In this document: positions 26,462 through 38,099 of the stretch, one piece after another
How the letters are laid out: each line of letters starts with the position of its first letter
Numbering within the stretch: position 1 is the stretch's first letter
From: Guillardia theta CCMP2712
Taxonomy: Eukaryota; Protista; Cryptophyta
Direction of reading: 5' to 3'
DNA length: 64,000 nucleotides
Assembly: GCF_000315625.1 (NCBI RefSeq)
Contig: NW_005434648.1
Span: 283,561 to 347,560 of the forward strand
Notes under the pieces: generated by a model
The model's input: only the letters and a program-made list of their open reading frames with translations
What the model was told of the DNA's origin: nothing
The model's database searches: none
Position numbers and translations under genes: made by a program

Positions 26462-27585
26462 ATGGCAGCAGCGATGGGACGAAGACTCCTCCAGGTATCC
26501 TCTATGCTTTATTGTTCGTCTTCATCGCTTCGTATCATTCTTCGTTCGTCTTCTTCAAGTCCAGATGACCTATGTTCGTGTACGATTCGATTATGGTTGA
26601 GACCTTCGAACGGGAAATAACAAGCCTCGTTCACAGTGCTGTTGCTTTTGTGTAACCTTAGATTCTTGTGAAAATTGTGTTGTATCTGACTTTCATTCGC
26701 CTTGAAAGATGAAAGCAATGTTCTCTTTCTTGTGTTCTGTTCATGATGAAAATTTTGAACTGAATCCCTCGAATTGTAGGAGGCAGAGCAAGCAGCGGCA
26801 GAGCCCACTGTCACCTTCCCCGATGACTACCCCAACTCTGTCCGCCACTTCCTCCTCATTGGCTTCTTGGGCATGTTCATCGGAGCCATTGTGTTCTTCT
26901 ACATGGGCATCTCCCGCAAGGTCAACACCGTGATGCACGTGTTGACCTTCTTCATCGCTGCGGTCTCCGCATGCTCCTACTACGCCGAGTGGGCTGGTCT
27001 CGGAGTTGAGTACAAGACCACCGACACCACCCCCCGTGTGATCTTCTGGGCCCGCTACTTGGACTGGGTTGTCACTGGACCGGTGAGGAGGAGGAGGAGG
27101 AGGAGAATGTGGGAGACTGACACAGTGCCGGGCAGCTCATCCTCACCGACCTCGCCCTCCTCTCCAAGTCGGACACCCCAACCATCATCTCGCTTGTCGG
27201 CAACATGGTCCTGTACGTGATCTGCGGCCTCATTGGAGCCCTCACCGTCGCCCCCTACAAGTACATGTGGTGGGTCGCTGGATTGATCTTCTTGATCATC
27301 GTCTTCATGCTCCTCCTCCAGCGCCTCAACAACGCTGAGGGCTATGGCGGTGACGCTCTCAAGGGCCTCACCTGGCTCACCATCTTGGTGTGGATCGTAT
27401 ACCCCATCGTGTGGATTGTTGGCTCCGAGGGAACTGGCGCTCTTGGACTTTCCCAGGAGGTCGGCATCTTGACCATTGCGGACTTGATTGCCAAGATCGG
27501 CTTCGGCTTCTACCTTTTGGCGAACGTTGATGCTCCTGAGAGCGAGACTGTGCCCCTTAACCAGTCCTCCCAGCAATATGTTTAA
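26462..27585 (+). CDS. type-1 (microbial) rhodopsin, bacteriorhodopsin-like, copy A (~261 aa)
   Basis: Exons 26462-26494, 26780-27082, 27136-27585. Helix C WARYLDWVVTGPLILTDL (DTD), helix F WIVYPIVWIVGSEG, helix G DLIAKIGFG with the retinal Lys. Confidence 0.95.
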
Positions 27586-29039
27586 TCAGTAGCCTAACGT
27601 TTCATTAGACTGGAATGCTTTAGATTTCACTCGGCACTTATGTGGTGCTGTCGAATCCCTTTTTCGCTGAAATATTAAACTTCAAGACGTTACATGAGAT
27701 GTTGAAAGTTTGAACAATTGGATCAGATTGTTGTTGGTTGATGATATTGCGTTTTAACGAATGAGAGTACGCTAAAACTGTATGTGGTGATTGAAAGGGT
27801 TCAATCAAGTCTCGAAGAGATTGAGCAAATTACATGCTTCTGTATAATTCTGAGCTCAATTCATATGTTGGCAAACCGACCTTTGGCAATATTGACGTGA
27901 TGCGATTCTCGAAATGCGATGTTTCATTCCTAACTACGCTTTGGTGAGCTGCAGTCTCTCAGCAAAGCTGAGAGCGGTTTTCTGAACGACAACAAATGTG
28001 AAAGCTTTGTTTTTGAGTAGGTATGCATAATCGCTTTTGTTTTCCAATGTAGTGTCATGAAGATCTCGTATCGGAGGAAACTGCTCACCAACCACGCGAC
28101 TACCAGTGTTCTTGCAGTCGTATTTTCATTCACCGCCCTTTCAATCAATATACAACCCTCTATACCATTATGGCTGTAATCTATGGAAAACAATACATCA
28201 AGTGGTTCAATTTTTCTTCGCTTTAGACGTACTGCTGGGAGGACTGGTTAAGGGGCACAGTCTCGCTCTCAGGAGCATCAACGTTCGCCAAAAGGTAGAA
28301 GCCGAAGCCGATCTTGGCAATCAAGTCCGCAATGGTCAAGATGCCGACCTCCTGGGAAAGTCCAAGAGCGCCAGTTCCCTCGGAGCCAACAATCCACACG
28401 ATGGGGTATACGATCCACACCAAGATGGTGAGCCAGGTGAGGCCCTTGAGAGCGTCACCGCCATAGCCCTCAGCGTTGTTGAGGCGCTGGAGGAGGAGCA
28501 TGAAGACGATGATCAAGAAGATCAATCCAGCGACCCACCACATGTACTTGTAGGGGGCGACGGTGAGGGCTCCAATGAGGCCGCAGATCACGTACAGGAC
28601 CATGTTGCCGACAAGCGAGATGATGGTTGGGGTGTCCGACTTGGAGAGGAGGGCGAGGTCGGTGAGGATGAGCTGCCCGGCACTGTGTCAGTCTCCCACA
28701 TTCTCCTCCTCCTCCTCCTCCTCCTCCTCCTCACCGGTCCAGTGACAACCCAGTCCAAGTAGCGGGCCCAGAAGATCACACGGGGGGTGGTGTCGGTGGT
28801 CTTGTACTCAACTCCGAGACCAGCCCACTCGGCGTAGTAGGAGCATGCGGAGACCGCAGCGATGAAGAAGGTCAACACGTGCATCACGGTGTTGACCTTG
28901 CGGGAGATGCCCATGTAGAAGAACACAATGGCTCCGATGAACATGCCCAAGAAGCCAATGAGGAGGAAGTGGCGGACAGAGTTGGGGTAGTCATCGGGGA
29001 AGGTGACAGTGGGCTCTGCCGCTGCTTGCTCTGCCTCCT
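26778..29039. repeat. large inverted repeat: arms ~26778-27573 and ~28235-29039, spacer ~660 bp
   Basis: Arms are reverse complements, identical by eye except for (GAG)n length in the intron. Confidence 0.95.
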
Positions 29040-29466
29040 GTTATCCAAAAAAAAACGAGGAAGATGTCAAATGGTGTTCAAACAAACGATACAAGGCAGA
29101 GGAGCACTTCGAATCTCATCATGTACAGCACAAAAAGTGATTGGTGTCTTCAAAAATCGTAACAGACAGCATTCAAAAGATTCAAAGGAGGCAAGATTCT
29201 GGACGCAGTCATGATTGTATCACATTACAGAAGAGCTTCAGTAAAGTTGCAGGATATTGAGGATGAGGTCACAAAAAGCATCGTAGAATCCCCAAAGGTC
29301 AACGCTGAACAGTCTCATCTCGATAGAGCAATGTGAAAGATGAAGAACAAATGCGAGATGCTTTCTATCATGAAAACAAATACACATGTTATTGCCACAA
29401 CAAAAAACATGTTGCCTCTGCCCATAGCGCTGTGCGTACCTGCAGAAGTCTGCGCGCGTGCGACAT
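28223..29466 (-). CDS. type-1 (microbial) rhodopsin, copy B
   Basis: Exons 29466-29440 (MSHARRLLQ; in-frame ATGs up to 29490), 29037-28735 and 28672-28223. Protein is identical to copy A after exon 1. Confidence 0.95.
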
Positions 29467-29769
29467 TGCCTGTTCTTGCATGGTCTGCATCGTCTCGATT
29501 TAGAACTCCGAAGAGCCGGACCTTAAAAACTTGAAGAGTACCCGTCATTGAAAGCAGAAATTCCTGGGTGGGTCCGATGACCATCAAGCACGCCCGCCTC
29601 ACTGTTTTCACTTTGCCTGGCGGATGCCGGCAGACCGGTTTTCTGCTGAGTGACCGGCCCCCGTTCCAACAGAGAGCGCAATGGCGGAGGGAGGGAGGAA
29701 GGGAGTTTGATCCAGGCGCAGATACTTCACACACTGCAGCTCACTCTTGATCTGCTCGACATAACTGGG

Positions 29770-31190
29770 ATGAAGGTCGTGAGGTTTCCCCTGTTGATGC
29801 TGTGCATGATGGAGTTCTTCGGATGCACCCACGGTTTTCACTTGAACTTCGGCGATAGTCTAGGAATTTCAGCAGGTGTCGCACACCAGTCATCGTTGAA
29901 GTGCATTGTTGGGAGCAAGCGCTTTCGAATCTGTCAGAAAATGAGACCTAGTCTGTCTCAGGCCTTGCAAGCCAGCGACAGGTAAGTGGTATGCAAAGGA
30001 GATCCCTAGAGTGAAGAGGTGATCAGGTCGGGAGTAGACACAAACCATGCCAAGAAATCAGAAGCGTATCAAGGTTTGTCTGAAGAGCGAATGTTGGGGT
30101 TCAAAAATGATTATCTCACAGCTGCGAAAGCTGATCAACTCGCACCGTGCATCATCCTTGTTCGTCCTTTCCTCGATCAGAACGTAGGGTCGACAGCTCG
30201 GAGTATGCTCAACTTCGGCCTCTCAAACCTCCGACTTGTTTCCCCCGTCTGCGATCATCTCAGCGACGATGCGCTTGCTCGGGCAGCGGGGGCCAGAGAC
30301 GTTCTTCAGAACGCTCGCGTGTTTCCGAGTGTGGAGGAGGCTGTGGAGGACTTACAGAGTGTGTTCGCCACGACGGCGAGGCTAAGAGATATGCAACATA
30401 AGGTCAGCCTCCTTAGCTGAACTTCTCTCGTTCAGAGCATCTGTATCATCTGGTTCCTACAGCTTTCCTTCCATCCTCCTCTTGTCCTTCTGCCGTTCTC
30501 ACCGCCCGAACCCACGTGACATCCTCTCCACAGGTCCTGTCGGCGGAGGACGCGGCCAGGGAAGCGATTCACATATCCTCGCAGTCTTCGCAGAAGACAG
30601 GGTTCTTGTTTGGGCCGGAGAGCAGCGGATTGTCGAACGCTGACCTCGCGCTCGTGGACTGCATTGTCCAGATCCCGACCAACCCTTTCTTCTCCAGCCT
30701 CAACCTGGCACAGTAAATCGCCGGATTGTTGTTGTTGCGATGACGTTTGTTTCAGGGCAGTCAATCTTATTTCTTATGAGTACCAGAAGGCAAGAAACTC
30801 CTATAGCAAGACTGTTGGCGATCAAGCGTTCTCCCTTCAAGTTTCTGACAAGAGCATCGGGCCAAAAGACAACATTGCAGACAAGAAGCTCCTTCTTGAT
30901 TTCTTCACACGTCTCGAGGTAACTCGTGAGGCTTTTTGCGTATTGAATTTAATGGACGATGATAGGAAGCTATGAATGATAGCGAATTTGTTGTTGATGC
31001 CTCTAAACGAGAGATAGTCTACCAGAATATCAGAAATGTTTTTCTGCGTTCACAGGTGTGTTTTGTATCAGACTCCTGTGTGTGAAACTGATCTCTTTGA
31101 TACGAACATTAGATGACAATTAGAGAGGTTGGTACTTTACAAGGAGTTGTGACGGCATTGACCGGCGGAAAGAAACGAAAGCGAGATTGA
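29770..31190 (+). CDS. trmJ: TrmJ/LasT-type SPOUT tRNA 2'-O-methyltransferase, probably plastid-targeted
   Basis: IILVRP..QNVGSTARSMLNFGLSNLRLVSP, FATTAR, FGPESSGLSN, SSLNLAQAV. N-terminal MKVVRFPLLMLCMMEFFGCTHG-F signal-like peptide. Confidence 0.88.
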
Positions 31191-31891
31191 CAAGTGTCGG
31201 GATGATCCGGGGCCTCCCCCTGGCATCGGAGTGAGAAATTCAGGCTACTTGTAATTTTGATCATGAACATTTGGGATACATCTCATTGAGACTCCGAGGC
31301 TCTGAAAGGGCTCTTACCTACCTCACCACCTCCAGCTCCGAGTCACCAGCTGCTCAGTCCGACTCTCAGTCATTCAAGCTCAGTACCGTTTGCTCACAGC
31401 AAGCTCCTTGCCGACGGTCCGAATGAGCCCGCCTCCGACCGCCCCGCCGTGAACGGCCCCCGACGCTCATTACGGCCCGGGCCCGCTTCGGCGGATCGGG
31501 CCGTACAATCCATGGCAGGATGCAGCGAACAAATGCCGCAGTGCTGTGGAGGTCTCAGCCGGAAAGAGAGGGAAGGGGGGGGGGAGGGGAGGAGGAGGAG
31601 GAGGAGGAGGAGATGCTGGAACAGTCGATCCCTGGAGATCCATCACGGTTTCGTCTGTCTCGGATATGCAACGGGAGGGGAGGCGGACTGATCTCCGTTT
31701 GACCGCTGCCCTCAATATGACCACCGAAGAGAGGAAACTGGGTGAGGATAGGATCCTTTGTCCTCTGCTCTCCTGCTCTCCTGTTCCACTGTGCTCCTCC
31801 TCCTCGCGCCTCCTGCTCACGGGCCTCTCCTCCGCTTGCCTTGTACATCCACGCTTGTCGTAGCTGCAAGCCCTGGGCCTGAGCTTGCATC

Positions 31892-32953
31892 ATGGCAAGA
31901 GCAGCAGGGGCATGGAGCAAAGGAAGAATCTCGATAGGCCTTGTTGCCTTTCTGGTTTCCATAGCAGGGGCGCAGAGAGCGAGGATCGAGCAAGGGAAGA
32001 GGAAGGCTTCATCTCAGTTTCACCTTATGGTTGACCTGCAAGTCTGCGGTACACAGCAGTGGCTGGATGTATCTGGAGCCTCTTGCAAACCTTGCCAGCC
32101 AAAAAGCTGTCAGCCGTCAGAGTACCTCAAGAACTGCACGTTGACATCTGATTACAAATGCGTGAGTTGTGTTGGTTCCGACAAGAGCTGTCAGTCGTTG
32201 CAAACCTCCGCAAGTTCTTCGAACAAGACTATGGTAGTAATCGTCATTGTCGGAAGCATGCTGGCTGCTGTTTGCTTGATCGCAGTTATCTGCTGCTCGC
32301 TTCAATTTTCCTACATACCACAGTGCAGAGATCTTATCGACAAGTTCTGGAGAAGAAACAATGGTGAAGCACCCACAGTAAGTTGAGTTGGTGCACGCGC
32401 GACAAGCAACGTCGATTAAGCTTTCACAGGAAAGTCTTGAACGATCCTCCTCCATCTCGCAGGAGGTCTCCAACGTTTGGCAGCATGACAAAGAGATCGC
32501 TGATCTCGAGATTTCTTTGCATTCTGTGGCGTCCAACACGGACGACAGGACGGACGCGGGCATGTGCCAGGTGACTTCTCAGCTCGCTGACCTGGTTACT
32601 GACCCCCTGCAGCTGTGCTTGGAGCGAGATCGAACCGTTGTGGTGTTCCCCTGCAAGTGAGCCTCCTCCCTGCTCTGTGACAGGATTCTGATCATCTTGA
32701 CTGTGTCAGACATGCCTGCCTGTGCAGCGAGTGCTTCGAGAGCGTGATGAATAAGGACAGAAAGTGCGTTGTTTGCAGGAAGGACATTGAGTCCCACCAG
32801 GTGGGGAGGGGAGGGGAGGAGAGGAGAGGAGAGGAGAGGAGAGGAGAGGAGAGGAGAGGAGAGGAGGGTGCAAGACGTTGACTTGTCCATCAGGTTGGCA
32901 ACTTCACTCGTACGTTCCTGGGTATCAGTTTCCCTCAGCCTGACGAAGATTGA
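31892..32953 (+). CDS. single-pass membrane RING-HC E3 ligase with a Cys-rich ectodomain
   Basis: Hydrophobic N-terminus; CKPCQPKSCQPSEYLKNCTLTSDYKCVSC; TM MVVIVIVGSMLAAVCLIAVICC; spliced RING CQ|LC..VVFPCK|HACLCSEC..KCVVCR. Confidence 0.8.
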
Positions 32954-33642
32954 GCCATGGTCTGGAGGATGGAGTTGAAAGGGGAGGAAAGGGGGCGGAC
33001 AGCTGAGGACAGGAGCGAGTGGCAAGGCGTGACGATGCATGACTGTAGATTATATTCCCCGATTGCAAGAAGATCGTTCGATGTAGTTGTATTTTGGGTA
33101 TTGATGGAGAGCGGAGGCTTTTAATTGAAGTTGAAATCGACTGAAGGAGGAGCAAGAGAAGGAGGAAGGGAGGGGAGGAGGGAGGGGTGAGGGGAAGGAC
33201 AAGGTAACGAAGCTTTTGCTCTCTGTAAAGAATAATTTGACGATCACGACCCGTAAGAAAAAGGCCTAATACATGCAAGTGTCACAAGGAATCGCTCTTA
33301 CTCCCTCCTCTCTCCCTGCACTACAAGGCGTTTCCCTCCCCCTCCCCTCTACCTATCCCTGGCAACCCTTCAACCCCCCCCCGCCCCCCCACCCCCCAAA
33401 TCACCTCGGCTCTTGGTCGAAGATGTTGGGGCTGTAGTCGTGCACCGTGTATCCAGCATCTTTCCCTTTCTCCTCCTGCGAGGGCAGTCAGGCAGAAAGC
33501 GCAAATACTGCTCCCTTCACCTCTTGCAGCCACAGGGGCTTCGTCGGGGGGAGAGGAGGGGGTGGGAGAGGGGGGGCAGGGGAAGGAGAGTCTGGAGTTC
33601 TGCTCCATGATGCTTTAGTCGGAGAGAAGAAGGCTGAAATTC

Positions 33643-36263
33643 TCACCTGGAGCTCCTGGGACTCTCTCTGGGGTGCGGGATCCTGGGAATGGGAGGAGGA
33701 GGAGGAGGACTCCTACCTCGCTCAGGTACTTCCTCCCTCTCCTCCTCACGCTGCCTTGGCTCTGCCGGCCTCTCTTCCTCGTTCCTCTTCACGGGGACAC
33801 ACTTGATTGCTTCTTCGAAGTATCCTGAGTCCAGGCACTTGGGTGAGGCGGTCAGACCCCTTGATACGCCCGATGCCTTCATGCAAGAGTCATATTCCTC
33901 CCACTCTCCTCAGCCTCTCCTCTCCTCTCCTCGACCTCGTCCTCTCCCGCCTCCCTCTTGCACATACCTGGTATCCTTCATCGCAGGACACAAAGACCTG
34001 GGTCCCTGCTAGCACGCGGGTCCGAGGGCCATTGAAGGTACTGTGAGCAGGCGCTTGGAAGGAGTCGCACATGATGGGTTCGCACGTCTTTCCCTGCTCC
34101 CACTCTCCCGTCCTAAGGCAGCGGATCGTCTGCCGTCCCCCGTCGCTCAGCTGGTAGTGCTCGTCGCACGTGATGAACAAAGAGTCTGTCCGTGGCCAAC
34201 CCTCCAGCCCCGACGGGCTTGCGATCCTGTACTCGTCCAGCTCGTACCAGACTGATCCATGGTTGGGCGCCTGGTAGGCAGGGCACTGCACGGGGAGGGG
34301 AACGCAAGTTATTCCCTCCTCGTACTTGGTGGTCTCGAGGCACATGGGCGTCGCTGTTCCCACCAGATCGTCGGGCATCCTGTTCGCGGTCTCGCCGAAC
34401 GTTGGCCACAAGGTAGGATGCAGATCGTTGTAGATCCTCGCTCGGTATCCACGATTGCAAACGATCGCCACGCGCTCGCCCACCTGGACGGGGCCCGAAG
34501 GAGTCACGCTTGCATGCTCAGGAGCTACGTATGCTGGGCACATGATAGGCACGCAGGTCACCCCCAGCTCGTAGGCTCTTGTATCTAGACACTGAGGGTT
34601 CTCTTTCGCGTGCTCCTCCCCAAAGTGCGGCATGAACCCAGGATCACACTTGATCGCCACACTCTCCCCAGCAAACACTTGCCCCGTCGGGAAGACGTAC
34701 CCATTGAGAGGAGGCCGGTATGGCTCGCAAGCGATCCTCACGCACGACTGCCCCTTCTCCCACTCGCCGCTCTGCAAGCAGTAAGGGTCTCTGAAGGCTC
34801 CTTCCCTACCATCCAGCTCATAGTGAGGATCGCAATGGATTTTAACTTGCTCGCAGGATGGAATGTCGCCAGCAGCAGCCAGCGGGTATCGGTGGCCGTT
34901 AATGGTAAGGTAGTGACGGCCTGCTTCCTCTGATCCTGTGTGGCTGCGGTACTCCTTCCCCCTGTAGGTCACTGAGCCATGCTCCGGAGCTGTATAGGGA
35001 GGGCAGAAGACTTCCACATGCAGGTGCAGGTGAGCTGAGCAGGCAAACGAGCTAGTGCCACAGCTGGGGGACATCGCACCGCTGGAGCAGGCTGAAGGTT
35101 TCAGGTTGACAGATGCAAAGTGATCGTTCGACATGTCGAAGTATCCCTTGATCACCGAGGCCTTCTTCACAGTCACCGCCTGCGATCCCTCCGAGCGCCT
35201 CTGGACCCTCTTGAGCTGCTTGTGCTGTTGGCTGGTTTGGCCCAACACTGGCGATGGCTTTGAAGCGTGAGCTGCCTGAGCAGCAGCAGCAGCTGATGGA
35301 GTCTGAGCAGCAGCGCGCTGCACGTGTTTGGTCTGCTGTTGCCTCCTTGGCCGTGAGGCCGAGCTCTCTAGCGCTAGCTCTCCCTTCACTGCCTCGCCTG
35401 ACGCTCCCTCAAGCCTTCCCCGGATCTTTGCCATCCTTTGACGATCCCTTCCTTGTTGACCGGCATGCAGCAGCGAAGGAGGAGGATACTGTAGCTCGCT
35501 ACCTTTCATCCCAATGGTGATGAATCCATCATATCTTAGCCCCTCTCTGCGTCCTCAATCAGCTCCTTCTCTTCTCAGGTCTCCAACACTACCTGAACGC
35601 ATGGACTGGGATGTATCCGCTGTTGTCTGGCCTTCCATCCACAAACAAAGGCAGGTTTCCCTGTTCTGTTGAGAGGTGTACGATGCTTCCAGGTTGCAGG
35701 TCAGGTGCCTGGTGCTGCACGCTACCTGCCAAGAATGTCAGACGTTCAATCGCGAGGTCACGGTCAGAAGCCTACGGGTAGTTTGATTCCCACTGGCTTG
35801 AAGGATTCTCGACTGCACGAAGTTTGTCGTAGCGACAAGAGGAGCATCTAGCAGGTCCCTCGACCACGAAGTCCGACGGAGAGGTACCGAAGATTCCGAG
35901 CTCTTGCTCCTTTCTCCGCCTGAATTGGTTGTCGGGCCAGCCCTCAGCAAGGCGTATTTCGAGCAAATGGACGAGTCTGTGCAAGCAAACTTTGGTAGCA
36001 GCTGAATCTTTGTGCTATCAGAAGACAAGATCAGGATCAGCATGCAGCATGTTGCGAATGCCGCCAGCAAAGCACCCGCGCCGCCCCACGTCGCCGACAT
36101 GCGAGCTAGCCTCATAGGACAGGTAGCAAGAGGAGAAGAGGAGGAAAAGGCTGGTTCGCTCCTAGGATCGTGTGTGCTCTGTAGCTTCAGTGCGTTAGGC
36201 ACTCTGCCGTCTCCTTCCCTTCCCTTCCCTTCCCTTCCCGACTCCTCTTATGATGCTTGCCAT
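33643..36263 (-). CDS. membrane-anchored/secreted protein with five Sushi (CCP)-like modules (ends approximate)
   Basis: Five repeats of C-x-x-Y/F-x-x-P-x-H/N-G/A/S...C-D/N-x-G/H-Y/F...C-L...W/Y/F-E...C in ORF 33890-35509 and the next exon. N-terminal hydrophobic stretch GAGALLAAFATCCMLILILSS. Confidence 0.8.
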
Positions 36264-36419
36264 GACGCCCCTTCGCCCGGAAAGGAGTCCGCAACAGATG
36301 GCAGACCAACGGAACTTAGAAAACCGGGCCCGGTCAGCGGGCCGGCGGCCTGTTCAGCTGAATCAACGGCAGTGTAACGGAAAAGGACTGGAGCGGGGAG
36401 GAGGGATAAACCAACGGCC

Positions 36420-38030
36420 ATGGCGGAGGCGGAGTTGACGGACTTTGCGGACGATGCGCTCAAGTTCGAGACATACGAGCAGTACCTTGACTCACAGGTG
36501 AGAGCGAGGGAGAGGAAGATGAGGTTGAAGAGGAAGCAGGGGCAAGAGTGGAACGAGGAGCAAGAGGAAGGAGGACAGGGTGAGGATTACGGGGCTGGGA
36601 CAGGAAGGGTGATCGTGTGGAATGAATTTTGGAATGTTGTGAAGAGAGTGAGAGAAGGATGTATCAATGATGTCTCAAGTAGTACTACTTGATCATACTA
36701 CTTGATACAAAAATGAGGATTCAAGAGAAAGGCATATGATCTTCCCTTCAGATCTCTCCGATGGACATTTATTACCTCGAAGACCAAGACCTGGCTCGAG
36801 ATTTGGTAGAGCTTGGGTACCGAGGGAGTGGAGAAACTCTGAAGCGGGAAGAATTCGAAGCAAGGAAGAAAGCTGCGGAGGAAGCAAAGGTCTCACTCTC
36901 CTTCCTACCGCCTCTCCCTGCCCCTTCTTTTCTCCATTAATCTTTCCTTTCCCCCCTACCTTCTGCCCTCCCCATTGATATCAATCTCCAGGCCTCAAAG
37001 CTGCGAAATGCGCCGAAGAAACTAGCCAGCGCAGACAAAGACCTCTCCCACTTTCCATTCCTACACAGCCTGGCAGAAAGAGAAGATTTGGTGAGGAACG
37101 GCAAGCTGACGTCAATCATCTTTCTTCGAGACAAGAACTCAAAGGGACAGGAGGTTCACAACTTGTTCTGCCCCTCCGTCAACACCACTTCTTCTTCTCC
37201 TGTTTTCTTCCCTTTCTCCTTCGTCACTTGCGCAGTATTTCACTTCCTGTCTCCTCTCCTGTCTTCTCTCCTCTTCTCTCCTCCCCTCCCCCCCTTGCTT
37301 TGCTGATTTCTCCTGCCTCAGGTGTCAGGATACATCGACTATGCTCATCGACTAAAGACAGAGGACTTTGAGCCGTGAGATCCTCTTCTTCTCTCTCCTG
37401 CTTACCCTCCCTGCTTCTTGCTCTTCGCTCCCCTTGTTCTACTCCTCTCCACTCTGATCCGCGTCTGCAGCTACTTCGACCGAAAGAAGAAGCTGATGCC
37501 CAAACCATCGGACTTGAGCTACTACAACTGGGAGACTCAACATTCTACCTCCAACTCCACACCAAACTTTCAGGTTCTGAGCTGCTCTCAAGAGAACAAG
37601 AAGGGCAAGGAGAGGAGGAGGGGGTGCGAAGGGGAAACTGTGGAGAGGTGGAGACGAAAGGGGAGTTGCTGAGCTCTACCAATAGGTGATAGCAGACAAT
37701 GAAGCAGGTCTTCTCTTCAAGAATAAGAGAGACAGAAAGGTGACATGCTAGCGTCACTCCTTGCGAAAATCCCTCCTCGAACTTCACCACCTTCCTCTTC
37801 CTGTGGTTTCTTTCCTTTCCTTGTCGCCTCCTCCCTTCCCTCCCTCAACTCATTCTTTCTGTGCAGGTGATCAACGTCGATCCCAAGAGTCTACCGGGAG
37901 ACAACTCGAGAAGGATTGAGATCAAGACCAACGAGTACGCGCAGGTTTCGACTGTTAGGAGAGTTTGTTTCCTCCCTGAAGCATTGGACAGGTTGTCATT
38001 TACGACCACGTGACCAGGAGGAAGACTTAG
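36420..38030 (+). CDS. CFAP299: cilia- and flagella-associated protein 299 (C4orf22/DUF4464)
   Basis: Spliced [11 protein letters not shown]|[25 protein letters not shown]...[16 protein letters not shown]|[16 protein letters not shown]...DLSYYNW...FKNKRDRK|VINVDP...YDHVTRRKT*. Confidence 0.92.
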
Positions 38031-38099
38031 ATCTACAACTAACTCCACAACCTCCTCCCCCTCCTCCTCCTCCCCCTCCTCCTCCTCTGCCTTCCCTCC

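Noticed and set aside
27055-28762. Antisense ORFs 27055-27576(-) and 28106-28762(+)
   Set aside because: Shadows of the codon-biased rhodopsin exons.
26780-29037. Calling the rhodopsins channelrhodopsins (ACR or cryptophyte cation channel)
   Set aside because: No long cytoplasmic tail, no Cys at the T90 position, and R82/W86/E194/E204 are retained; closer to pump or sensory types. Function remains untested.
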